From Cyclobacteriaceae bacterium (GTDB lineage Bacteria > Bacteroidota > Bacteroidia > Cytophagales > Cyclobacteriaceae), in NCBI GenBank assembly GCA_965227265.1, contig OZ245738.1:183645-247644 (forward strand): a stretch of DNA of 64,000 bases. The letters run 5' to 3'. The position numbers and the translations under genes are program-made. Below, piece after piece: positions 35,683 through 45,400 of this stretch. Below the pieces are notes generated by a model that saw only the letters and a program-made list of their open reading frames with translations, did not search any database and was not told the DNA's origin. Positions within the stretch are counted from its first letter, which is position 1. Every line of letters begins with the position of its first letter.

Positions 35683-36321
35683 TTACTTCTTATTCTGCTT
35701 CAGCGAACGGAAGAACTTCGCCCAGTTGAAAACGTTGAAGAGCGGATTCGTAACCGGCATGTATTGACTGCCTTGCGCAGCCGACATCTGGCTTAGATAA
35801 TATTGCTGATTAGCCCGCCCATCCATGGGAGTTGTTTTCAACATCAGGAGCAGAAGCTCCTGATTAATATTTCTGCGGTCTATGCTTTGATCCTCCGTTG
35901 GAATGTTAAGCGCAAGTAACGCTTCCTTAAAAATTTCTTCCGTAGGGAATGATGTGACCACAACTTCCGAGAGGTACGTAACATCTTCCCTTAACTGAAT
36001 AACAATAGTCAGGTATTCACTAGGGTGGTCCGGAACAATATAATACTGACGTTCGTACCCAACATAACTAATAACGATGCTATCACCTGATAAAACTGCC
36101 ATCGAAAAGAAGCCCATCATGTTTGTAGTAGTTCCGCGGCCGGCTTTGGGTACATAAATGTTAACACCATACAGCATGGAATTAACACTATCAGTGTTCA
36201 TAATTACACCGGATAACTGGATGACACGTTTTTGTTTTTGTGCAAATCCTCCTTCACTTGCTCCCACCAGCACCACCACAATAAAGAGACACAAAAGATG
36301 CGATTTCTTCACGAGAACCAA
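35683..36321 (-). CDS. CarboxypepD_reg-like domain protein (secreted)
   Basis: 212 aa. Signal peptide, then LSGVIMNTDS ... GVNIYVPKAGRGTTTNMMGFFSMAVLSGDSIVISYVGYE. Confidence 0.55.
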   Translation of the reverse strand: MVLVKKSHLLCLFIVVVLVGASEGGFAQKQKRVIQLSGVIMNTDSVNSMLYGVNIYVPKAGRGTTTNMMGFFSMAVLSGDSIVISYVGYERQYYIVPDHPSEYLTIVIQLREDVTYLSEVVVTSFPTEEIFKEALLALNIPTEDQSIDRRNINQELLLLMLKTTPMDGRANQQYYLSQMSAAQGSQYMPVTNPLFNVFNWAKFFRSLKQNKK

Positions 36322-36414
36322 CTTTTTACAATTTCTGAGCTTTCAAAAATACGGAGAACCGAACGAAGTGCCTAATTTCCATACCTTTGATGAATAGAAA
36401 GAAGGTAAAGTTTC

Positions 36415-36804
36415 ATGAGACTCAAGAATTTTAACCTTTTGCTGGGCTCCCAGATATTCAAAGCATGCGCGGATGAATCCCGGCTCCGCATTCTTAATCT
36501 TATATTCAGCAATGGAGAAATGTGCATTACCGATCTCGAACAGATTCTTGAATTCACGCAAGCTAAAACGTCACGCCACCTCATTTATTTGAAGAATGCA
36601 GGCATCTTAACACATCGCAGATATAATCACTGGGTATTTTATCAGGTAAAAGATGAAGTGTATGAAATTATTAAGCAGATTTTTCAGTTCTTACAGAAAG
36701 ACCAGCAATTAGAGAAGGATCAGCAGCTTTATAAAACACTGTATTCAAACCGGGAACTGGCGATTAACAAAATGCAGCGCGAAGGCTGGCGCAAGCAGGA
36801 ATGA
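36415..36804 (+). CDS. ArsR/SmtB-family transcriptional regulator
   Basis: 129 aa. FKACADESRLRILNLIFSNGEMCITDLEQILEFTQAKTSRHLIYLKNAGIL (wHTH). Confidence 0.8.
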   Translation: MRLKNFNLLLGSQIFKACADESRLRILNLIFSNGEMCITDLEQILEFTQAKTSRHLIYLKNAGILTHRRYNHWVFYQVKDEVYEIIKQIFQFLQKDQQLEKDQQLYKTLYSNRELAINKMQREGWRKQE

Positions 36805-36814
36805 TTTTTAACAC

Positions 36815-37528
36815 ATGAACAAATCCTTACGTAAAAATCAATACACGTGTATATTTTTTGACCTTGATCACACCCTTTGGGATTACGAAACAAATTCAAA
36901 AGAAACACTTCAGGAACTTTTCAACGCGTATAGCTTACCTGAAAAAGGTGTAACGGATTTTGAGAGTTTCCATAAAGAATTCAAACGCGTGAATGCCGAG
37001 CTTTGGGTATTGTATGATACTGGAAAGATTGGAAGCGAAGTAATTCGTGCCGAACGCTTCAAACAGATTCTCGAAGTCTTTAAAGCGTTTGATGAAAAAC
37101 TTTGTTCGGAGCTCTCACACGAATATCTGTTCAGCTGTCCGAAGAAAGGCAACCTGATGCCTAACGCGATCTCAACGCTCGAGTATCTCTCAGGAAAGTA
37201 TAAGATGTCCATCATTACAAACGGGTTTGAAGAAATTCAGAACCTGAAACTTACTGCTGGGAAGCTGCATAAATATTTTGATCACATCGTAACCTCGCAG
37301 CATGCTGGTTTTAAAAAACCCTCGCGTGAAATTTTTGATTATACGCTAACAAAACATGGTATTGTTTGCGGTCAAGCCGTAATGATCGGAGATAACCTGA
37401 TAACAGATATTGGTGGCGCGCGCCAAGCTTCGATTGACAGCGTTTTCTTCAATCACGAACAAATTAAGCATGATTCTGAAATTCATGTCGAAATCCATAA
37501 CCTGAAAGAGCTTTGTGAACTTCTTTAA
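36815..37528 (+). CDS. HAD-superfamily hydrolase (YjjG-like nucleotidase type)
   Basis: 237 aa. Motif I FFDLDHTLWD, motif II SIITNG, motif IV MIGDNLITDIGGA. Confidence 0.75.
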   Translation: MNKSLRKNQYTCIFFDLDHTLWDYETNSKETLQELFNAYSLPEKGVTDFESFHKEFKRVNAELWVLYDTGKIGSEVIRAERFKQILEVFKAFDEKLCSELSHEYLFSCPKKGNLMPNAISTLEYLSGKYKMSIITNGFEEIQNLKLTAGKLHKYFDHIVTSQHAGFKKPSREIFDYTLTKHGIVCGQAVMIGDNLITDIGGARQASIDSVFFNHEQIKHDSEIHVEIHNLKELCELL

Positions 37529-37556
37529 GTAATTTTGCCGCACTAAATTTTCCAGT

Positions 37557-39188
37557 ATGTCGAACGCATTCTTTAAAGTACCCGCTCCGAAAAATGAACC
37601 TGTATTATCTTATGCTCCCGGCTCGAAAGAACGCCAGTTGCTCAAAAAAGCACTGGAAGAAGGCCGCAGCGAAGAGATAGATATTCCGATGTATATCGGC
37701 AGCGAGGAGGTTCGTACGGGAAATAAAGTACGTTTGAGTCCTCCGCACGATCATAAGCACACACTCGGTCATTTTCACGCAGGTGATAAGACCCACGTTG
37801 AGAAAGCTATTGCTGCAGCACTTGCTGCAAAAGAAAATTGGTCGAACCTGAGTTGGGAATATCGCGCAAGTATATTTTTAAAAGCCGCTGAATTACTGGC
37901 TGGACCGTATCGCTACAAGATCAATGCAGCAACCATGCTTGGTCAATCCAAGAGCGCATACCAGGCGGAGATTGATTCCGCGTGTGAGCTGATTGACTTT
38001 TTGCGCTATAACGTTCAATATATGAGTGAGATTTATAGCGAACAACCTGATTCATCACCTGGTGTTTGGAATAGATTAGAATATCGCGCACTGGAAGGGT
38101 TTGTGTTTGCGTTAACACCATTCAACTTTACTGCAATTGCTGGTAATTTACCGACAAGCGCGGCCATGATGGGCAACACAATTGTTTGGAAACCTTCGAA
38201 CACTCAGGTTTATGCTGCTAATGTGATCATGCAAGTATTGAAAGAAGCTGGCTTGCCCGATGGAGTTATCAACTTAGTTTACGTAAGTGGCCCGGATGCA
38301 GGCGAAGTTATCTTCAACCATAAAGATTTTGCAGGCATTCACTTTACCGGAAGCACGGGCGTGTTTCACGGTATGTGGAAAACGATCGGAGCCAATATTG
38401 CTAAATACAAAAGTTACCCGCGAATTGTAGGAGAGACTGGTGGAAAGGATTTTGTGATGGTTCACTCCAGTGCGAATGCTAAAGAAGTTGCTGTTGCGCT
38501 TGGTCGCGGAGCCTTTGAATACCAAGGACAAAAATGTTCTGCCGCATCGCGCGCATACATTCCATCAAACCTTTGGGATGATGTGAAGAAATATTTGGTA
38601 GAAGATTTGAAGTCTTTCAAAATGGGCCCGACTGAAGACTTTGGAAACTTTATAAATGCTGTGATCGATGAGAAAGCATTTACTTCCATTACCGGATATA
38701 TTGAAAAAGCCCGCACGAATCCAAAGAATGAAATCATTGCCGGTGGCAAGTATGATAAATCAAAAGGCTATTTTATTGAGCCTACTGTTGTGGTAACAAC
38801 GGATCCTTCATCCGTAACGATGTGTGAGGAAATCTTTGGCCCGGTGCTGACGATTTACGTTTATGATCCGAAAGATTTTGAAAAAATACTTGAGCTGGTT
38901 GATAGTACATCACCGTATGCGTTAACGGGTTCGATTATCGCAAAAGATCGGTATGCAATTGAAGTCGCCACAAAAAAATTAACCAACGCAGCCGGTAATT
39001 TTTATATCAACGATAAGCCAACCGGTGCTGTTGTAGGTCAACAACCATTTGGCGGTGCTAGGGGTTCTGGAACAAATGATAAAGCCGGTGCGAAAGTAAA
39101 TCTCCTCCGTTGGACATCTATGCGAACAATCAAAGAAACGTTCGTTCCGCCAACGGATTACCGCTATCCGTTTTTGGATAAAGAGTAA
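37557..39188 (+). CDS. pruA: L-glutamate gamma-semialdehyde (1-pyrroline-5-carboxylate) dehydrogenase
   Basis: 543 aa. ALDH fold with VGETGGKDF and catalytic YQGQKCSAASR. The N-terminal FKVPAPKNEPVLSYAPGS is typical of PruA. Confidence 0.85.
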   Translation: MSNAFFKVPAPKNEPVLSYAPGSKERQLLKKALEEGRSEEIDIPMYIGSEEVRTGNKVRLSPPHDHKHTLGHFHAGDKTHVEKAIAAALAAKENWSNLSWEYRASIFLKAAELLAGPYRYKINAATMLGQSKSAYQAEIDSACELIDFLRYNVQYMSEIYSEQPDSSPGVWNRLEYRALEGFVFALTPFNFTAIAGNLPTSAAMMGNTIVWKPSNTQVYAANVIMQVLKEAGLPDGVINLVYVSGPDAGEVIFNHKDFAGIHFTGSTGVFHGMWKTIGANIAKYKSYPRIVGETGGKDFVMVHSSANAKEVAVALGRGAFEYQGQKCSAASRAYIPSNLWDDVKKYLVEDLKSFKMGPTEDFGNFINAVIDEKAFTSITGYIEKARTNPKNEIIAGGKYDKSKGYFIEPTVVVTTDPSSVTMCEEIFGPVLTIYVYDPKDFEKILELVDSTSPYALTGSIIAKDRYAIEVATKKLTNAAGNFYINDKPTGAVVGQQPFGGARGSGTNDKAGAKVNLLRWTSMRTIKETFVPPTDYRYPFLDKE

Positions 39189-39213
39189 TTCTTTAAGGGT
39201 GTAACGTATTAAT

Positions 39214-39256
39214 GTAGAGACGCAATGCTGAGCGAAGTCGAAGCATGCATCTCTAC
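39214..39256. repeat. REP-like element with inner conserved-loop hairpin
   Basis: GTAGAGACGCA-ATGCT-GAGCGAAGTCGA-AGCAT-GCATCTCTAC between convergent pruA (stop 39188) and the small membrane protein gene (stop 39264). Confidence 0.85.
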
Positions 39257-39263
39257 GTTTTGA

Positions 39264-39473
39264 TTAGACATTCTCCTCTTTTCTAAAAAAGCTCTGTACT
39301 AAATGACCTACAAAAGCGGAACCTAGTCCAGCTAGTATTGCTGCCAAAACAACAATCCCGGGAGCTAATTCATCTTCAGGCGAAATACGATCAAGGAAGA
39401 TTACTTTAAACAGTAACAGAAAGCCAATTGAGCCTGCGAGAAAGCCAATGATGATACCTGTCTTGTTTTTCAT
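39264..39473 (-). CDS. 69-aa two-helix membrane protein
   Basis: Last gene of the wHTH/CreD cluster. Two hydrophobic helices. Confidence 0.4.
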   Translation of the reverse strand: MKNKTGIIIGFLAGSIGFLLLFKVIFLDRISPEDELAPGIVVLAAILAGLGSAFVGHLVQSFFRKEENV

Positions 39474-39505
39474 AATAATAAATTTATTTGTTTAGTGATT
39501 TTATT

Positions 39506-40930
39506 TTATTGTGAAGCCTTAACTTCTTTATACCAACTTACTTTACGCGAGAAGTACATCAGTGCTCCTACAATCAGGAACAGTCCAACACTACCGATGA
39601 TTAGCGAGAAGTCCTGCTGCAGAATTATGACGAAGATGAACGTATAAAAAACAACTAATAATGAAGTAAACAACGCTACAAGTCCTTTGTCTTTTAAGAA
39701 TGACTTGGAATATAAGCTGATAAGCACAACGGTGGAAATGGAAGCAACTGCATAGGCGGCATTGTAGCCAATCTGTTCAGAGAAGCTTAATAGTAACGTG
39801 TAATAGATGATCAACGCAACGCCAATTAAAATGTACTGGAACGGATGGATGCGAACTTTACGCGTAATCTCTACTAGGAACAACGCCATGAATGTGAGAA
39901 TGATAATGAGTTGTCCATATTTAGAAGTACGAATACTTTTCTGATATTGATCAACTGGCAGAATAAGCTTAACTCCAAAATCAGAACCGCTTAATTTTTC
40001 ATCGGGTGTATTCCATTGTTGCGAGAAAGGTCTGTTGTAATGCAATACTTTCCACGTAGCAGCAAAAGTTGAATCCGTGATCTCACGGCTTTCGGGTAAG
40101 AACTCACCATCAAAACTTGGATTGTTCCAGGTTCCGGTAAGTTTTACATCGGTTGTTTTTCCAGTCGGCACAAAATTCAAACGCTCACTTCCTTTCAGCG
40201 TAAGCTTGATCGAAGTCGCGCCCGCAAAATCTTCAGCGGTTGTCCAGTCAAGCTTGGCAATAACACCGGACGTGGAATAACCAGTGCTTGAATTATCGGC
40301 CTGATATATATCATAATTTGTTCGAACTGCTTCTAGGACAGACACACCCAGGTTGTTCGAAGGCTCAGTTGTTTTAGCAACATTGCCAACATTGAATACA
40401 AGATTTTCGCTGATGCCGCGCAGATCGGTAATTGAAAAGATCATGTAGGCATCTTTCCATAGGATATTGTCAGCTGCAATATTCAGTTTGGCAAAGTCAG
40501 GCCGTTTAAAACCTGAGTTAATACTCAATGCTGATGTATAAACAACTGCATCAAAAATTCCGCGATGAAGAACATCGGGAGTTACGTCACCGGTTATGGA
40601 TAGATTTTCAGGAAGGAAATAATATTTATCGGTGCGTTCAATAATCTCTATTCCGTTTTTTCCACGATCTATTTTTTCCTGCACTTTGTAAGGGATCACA
40701 AGAATTGGCCCCGCCAATGTTTGGTTGCCCGACCACTTGGAAGATATTTCACGAATTACGCCATCTGCACGTGACTCGCGCTCCTGCATCAAATCCTGAA
40801 TCCAGGAAGCAGGTAGTAATAAAAGCAAGACAAGAAATCCGATAGAAAATAATTTGATCATGATTGATTCTTCTATCCAGCGATTGAAGCGTTCAAGAAT
40901 GCCGAGTGGTTGAAGTTGTTCTGGTTCCAT
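39506..40930 (-). CDS. creD: CreD-family cell-envelope integrity inner-membrane protein
   Basis: 474 aa. N-terminal TM, large periplasmic region (GPILVIPY ... LPENLSITG), C-terminal block of about 5 TM helices, as in CreD. Confidence 0.75.
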   Translation of the reverse strand: MEPEQLQPLGILERFNRWIEESIMIKLFSIGFLVLLLLLPASWIQDLMQERESRADGVIREISSKWSGNQTLAGPILVIPYKVQEKIDRGKNGIEIIERTDKYYFLPENLSITGDVTPDVLHRGIFDAVVYTSALSINSGFKRPDFAKLNIAADNILWKDAYMIFSITDLRGISENLVFNVGNVAKTTEPSNNLGVSVLEAVRTNYDIYQADNSSTGYSTSGVIAKLDWTTAEDFAGATSIKLTLKGSERLNFVPTGKTTDVKLTGTWNNPSFDGEFLPESREITDSTFAATWKVLHYNRPFSQQWNTPDEKLSGSDFGVKLILPVDQYQKSIRTSKYGQLIIILTFMALFLVEITRKVRIHPFQYILIGVALIIYYTLLLSFSEQIGYNAAYAVASISTVVLISLYSKSFLKDKGLVALFTSLLVVFYTFIFVIILQQDFSLIIGSVGLFLIVGALMYFSRKVSWYKEVKASQ

Positions 40931-40948
40931 AAATATTTGATTATTAGA

Positions 40949-41380
40949 TTAATATTTGACGTATGATTTTGTTAGTTGTTTCCAGGCAATCAAAATGAAG
41001 CAGGCGAATGCAGTAGGAATGAAGAGTAGTAAGGTTTCGGCCACTTCCGCGTATCTCAAGTTGAAAAACACAGACACAAAACCTATAACACCAGCAGACG
41101 TGAAAAGTATTAGACCTGTAGCTGAAGCTATTCGACTTAACACGGTTGGGAATGAAGAGAGATGATATAGAAATGGTACAGCAACCAGTAGGGCAGGGCT
41201 TGAGAATATCAGACTAAGAATAATTGATGTTGCGGGCGGAAACATGAGAAGTTCAGTTGAATAGAGAACAGCGCATCCTCCGATGCAGGTGGAAATCCAG
41301 ATCAACAAGGCTTGGCGAACAGCACGATATAGGTATCTGTCTGACATCATTAAAAGTACTTTCATTTTCAAAGTATTCAT
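40949..41380 (-). CDS. small polytopic membrane protein
   Basis: 143 aa with 4 hydrophobic helices. Between the wHTH and creD genes. Confidence 0.4.
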   Translation of the reverse strand: MNTLKMKVLLMMSDRYLYRAVRQALLIWISTCIGGCAVLYSTELLMFPPATSIILSLIFSSPALLVAVPFLYHLSSFPTVLSRIASATGLILFTSAGVIGFVSVFFNLRYAEVAETLLLFIPTAFACFILIAWKQLTKSYVKY

Positions 41381-41389
41381 ATAAAAAAA

Positions 41390-41692
41390 TTATCTCTTTT
41401 GTTGTTTGATTAATTGCTCCAGCGCGTCTAGGTGTTTTTTGAAAACTGTTCGACCCCGCTCGGTAGCTTTATATTTAGTATTTGGCTTTTTGTCAATAAA
41501 AGATTTTGAAATCGAGATATACTTTTCTTTTTCCAATGCTTTGATGTGCGAGGCAATGCTTCCATCCGTTAAGCCAAGAATATCCTTCAACGAATTAAAA
41601 TCATACGCATCGTTTGCCACCAACACCGACATAATCTGAAGCCTGACGCTGTGCTCTAAAACTTTATTTAAATGCTCGAACGGGTTTTTCAC
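41390..41692 (-). CDS. small winged-helix transcriptional regulator
   Basis: 100 aa. RLQIMSVLVANDAYDFNSLKDILGLTDGSIASHIKALEKEKYI. Overlaps the upstream gene by 4 nt. Confidence 0.7.
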   Translation of the reverse strand: MKNPFEHLNKVLEHSVRLQIMSVLVANDAYDFNSLKDILGLTDGSIASHIKALEKEKYISISKSFIDKKPNTKYKATERGRTVFKKHLDALEQLIKQQKR

Positions 41693-42312
41693 TTGTCGTA
41701 CCGGAAATGCATTACGGCTCCGTAAATTATATGCATTACACCAAAACCCAAAGCCCAGAAGATCAAACCGTATCCTGGAAGAAGCGCGGAGATCAATCCT
41801 AAAATAATTTCGGTGAACCCTAAATACCGAACCTCATCATATGTATTTGAACTTGCCTGGATAAGCGCTAAACCATAAAAAAGTAAACAGGCAGGTGCAG
41901 CAATTCCGTAATGACTGGTGTACAACAAAATCAAAATGAATAGCCCACCCGAAACGAGTGGGATGGCAAGGTTCACTACCAATTGACGACTCGTAGAAGT
42001 CCAAAGTTTGACGTTGGCTTTTTTTGCCTTGCGATTACTAAACCACAGTCCGGTTGCGATTGACGCGACCAAAACAATGACCGCAATTATTAACAGCTTC
42101 CATAAAATTTCAGGCTCATTCACAGAATATATCCGCATGCGGAATGGAGAGATAGGATAATGACTGATGAAGTAAGCCACTGTAGCTCCAATCAGCGCGT
42201 AAATCCCGGCTAGAACACCTGACAGTCCACTAAGTGAAATAAATTTCACCGACCGCTCCATGATGTTCCGGATGGAAGCAATGTCTTTTTCGTATTCTTG
42301 AACGTCTTTCAT
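41689..42312 (-). CDS. polytopic membrane protein, first gene of the wHTH/CreD cluster
   Basis: Start placed at MKDVQEYEKD (ATG at 42312). About 5 TM helices. Confidence 0.45.
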   Translation of the reverse strand: MKDVQEYEKDIASIRNIMERSVKFISLSGLSGVLAGIYALIGATVAYFISHYPISPFRMRIYSVNEPEILWKLLIIAVIVLVASIATGLWFSNRKAKKANVKLWTSTSRQLVVNLAIPLVSGGLFILILLYTSHYGIAAPACLLFYGLALIQASSNTYDEVRYLGFTEIILGLISALLPGYGLIFWALGFGVMHIIYGAVMHFRYDK

Positions 42313-42422
42313 CAAAAGAACTTTGAATTTCAAAGTTAGTAAACGAAACCAAGGATACAAGGTTTCAAGAAGATTTGTTGTGGAGACAGATTGGTTATAT
42401 AATGCTGTAATGGGTTGTAAGT

Positions 42423-42458
42423 AAAAAGAGCGTGCAGGTTGATCAGCACGCTCTTTTT
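42423..42458 (-). terminator. intrinsic terminator after the tricorn-like protease gene
   Basis: AAAAAGAGCGTGC ... GCACGCTCTTTTT. On the minus strand the hairpin is followed by a T-run, 4 nt after the stop codon. Confidence 0.75.
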
Positions 42459-42461
42459 CAG

Positions 42462-45400
42462 TTAATTTTTTGCCTTTTTCTCCGGGTTCTTAATGTTTTC
42501 AGGAGGATTTGGCTTTTCTGTCTGTTGGCGAATCAGCAGTTCAATCGCTTTCTGTAATTGTTCGTCCTGACCTTTAATAAGTGTCTCATACCGGTTTTTC
42601 ACCTTCACATCAGGTTCCAACTGCGTGTTCTCAAGATACTTGCCATCTGATCCCACCATTCCTACCTGCGGAATTCCAAATACCAGCGTTGGATCGATTT
42701 GCTGTTCCCACCATACGGCTGTAGCAGTACCGGGTATGGGCATTCCAACCGTTAAGCCCTGCGATTTTGAATCGTACGCAAAAGGAAACATGTGTGCATC
42801 GGAGTAGTTACTTTCTCCAATCAATACAGCAGAAGGCTTGGTCCATTTACGCTGTGGCTCAAAGCCCAGGTATTGTCCGCGCGCGATTACGTCAAGATAT
42901 TTCTTGCCACCTAAAAAAGTTACCAGGTCATCGTGTAGCCAACCTCCGCCATTCGAGCGGGTGTCAACAATAAGCGATTCACGATTACCATATTTTCCCA
43001 AGGCTTCTTCGAAGAGAATGCGATAACTTGGATCATTCATACCACGCACATGGATGTAACCAACTTTACCACTTGAAAGACTATCAACTTGTGCTGCGCG
43101 GTTATCGATCCAGCGCTGATAAAGCAATTCATTTTCAGCACCGAGCGTAACAGGTTTAATAACTTCTTCCCAGCGTTGCTTCGTTGCGGGATTATATAAT
43201 GAAAGAAGTGTATTCTTTCCAGCTTTTAAATTCAGCAACTGGAAATAGTCGCTTCCCGCATCGATAGTCTCGCCATCAATTTTTTCAATGATTGTTCCCT
43301 TCCTGACTTTCGATTCGGCTTTATCAAGCGGACCATTAAGCAGTACATGTGATACAAGAATACCGTTGCCTGAATATTTTTGATCGGGGATAATTCCTAA
43401 CGAAGCAGTAGCATCTCCATTTCGGGGGCCGGGTGAATAGTTACAGCCGGTATGAGAAGCGTTCAGTTCACCTAACAACTCGCTCAACAGTTCAGTAAAT
43501 TCCCAATTGTTACTGATATGCGGTAGAAACTTAGCGTATTCCTTTTTATAGTAACCCCAGTTAACACCATGCAGATCTTCAACATAGAATTTCTTCACTA
43601 CCTGTCGCCAGGCATGATCGTAGATATAGCTAAGCTCTTGTTTTTTGTATAACAGCATTTCACCACTAATGTTGATGACTTCCTTTTTCCCAGTTTCGGC
43701 ATCAATTTTACATGGCTTTCCATCAACAATGGCGAACAGCTTTTTTTCGTCTTTGCTTAATGATAATGAACTTGCGTTGTCACCAAGCTTCGTAAGAATT
43801 TTGGTTTCACGCGTACGCAGATTGGTAGTCCATAAATCAACACCCTTCTCAATATTGGTTGTATAGAAAAGTCTTTCTCCATCCTGGGTAACGATAGCAT
43901 CGCTTAACAATGAGGAATGAATGGTCAAACGTACTTTACGTTCATCAAGTCCTTTTAAATTTATGACAACATTGTCAGACTTTTTCTCTTCCGGTGTTGA
44001 CTTGGTTTTTTTATCCGTTTCTATTTTGCTTTCAGCGGGTTCTTTTTTCTTCTCGTCTTCTTTTTCCTTGAAAAGTTTATAATCGTTTTCGTTTAGTTTA
44101 TAGGTATCGTAAGCTTCCTGGGTAAAGAACATTCCATATACATCGGTGCTGGCTCCCCAGCTTCCATGATTCTTCAAGCCATCACGGTCGCTAAACCAAA
44201 TCATCATTTTTCCATTCATCATCCACTGAGGATCTCCATCGGCATAGCCGCTTTTGGTGAGGTTAATGATTTCACTGTTTCCGGCAGCGCTTACCAGCCC
44301 TATATCTGTAATCCAATGATTTTCCATCAGGAAAGAAACCAAAAACCATTTACCATCGGGTGACCACGAAAAACTCTGATCTCCGTCACTGTACGAATAC
44401 GATTTATTTTTAGGCACGATTAAGCGGGAATTTTTTGAAGCGAGATTAACTACTTTAAGCGCAGTGCGTTCTTCGAGATAGGCAACCTCTTTACTATCCG
44501 GTGAAAAGGCAGGTTGAAATTCATCCGCGTCAGTTGCAACTACGGGTATCTCTTTCAAAACGGTAGAAGCATAGAAGTAAGGTTCTTCGCTTCTTACAAT
44601 GCTGGTCATGTAAATATTCCAGTTGTTATCGCGCTCTGCTGCGTATACCAGGCTGCGCCCGTCTTTACTGAAGCTTACAGTTCGTTCTTGTTCAGGTGTA
44701 TTCGTTATGCGCTTGGTAACACCGCCTTCCATCGCAGAAACAAAAATTTCTCCGCGCACGATAAACGCCACTTCTTTTCCATTGGGTGAAACAGCGAGTT
44801 GTGTTGCTCCGTTGTTTATTGGTAAAATCTCGTAAGGATTAAGCTTGCTATCAGTTTGGAGAGTAACATTAACTTTAACAGGCTGACCTCCGTTTTTAAG
44901 CGTATAGATTTCTCCATCATACGAAAAGCACAACGTGCCGTTTTTAGACATTGATAAAAATCTTACTGGGTGATTTTTGAAACCGGTGATTTGAGTTTTT
45001 TCAGCTCCGCCTTTTATTGCTAAGCGGTGAACATTGAATGAGCCGCTCTCTTCACTTAGGTAATACAGATAGTTCTCATCGGCATCTACAACCGGGTTTC
45101 TATCTTCACCGGCAAATTGTGTGAGCTGCGTGAAGCTTCCGTTTTTGAAATCATAAACCCACAAGTCGCGCGCAATGGAAGATTGGTGATGCTTACGCCA
45201 TGGATTTTCATATCCTTTCCGATCCTGGAAATATATTTTTGTTTTCGAAGCATTATAAACTGCAGCTTCAGAAGGAGTTGTGAGCGTCATTAAATTCCGG
45301 CCACCATTTGCCGATACCTGGTAGAGTTCGGGCATTGTGCCATTCGGAAAATCGGCATACGATTCAAGATCATTACGAAGAGAATTGAATAGTACATCCT

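Noticed and set aside
36343-36584. Two minus-strand ORFs (36343-36561, 36372-36584) opposite the ArsR-family gene
   Set aside because: They are antisense to a gene with a clear wHTH and have no recognisable features.
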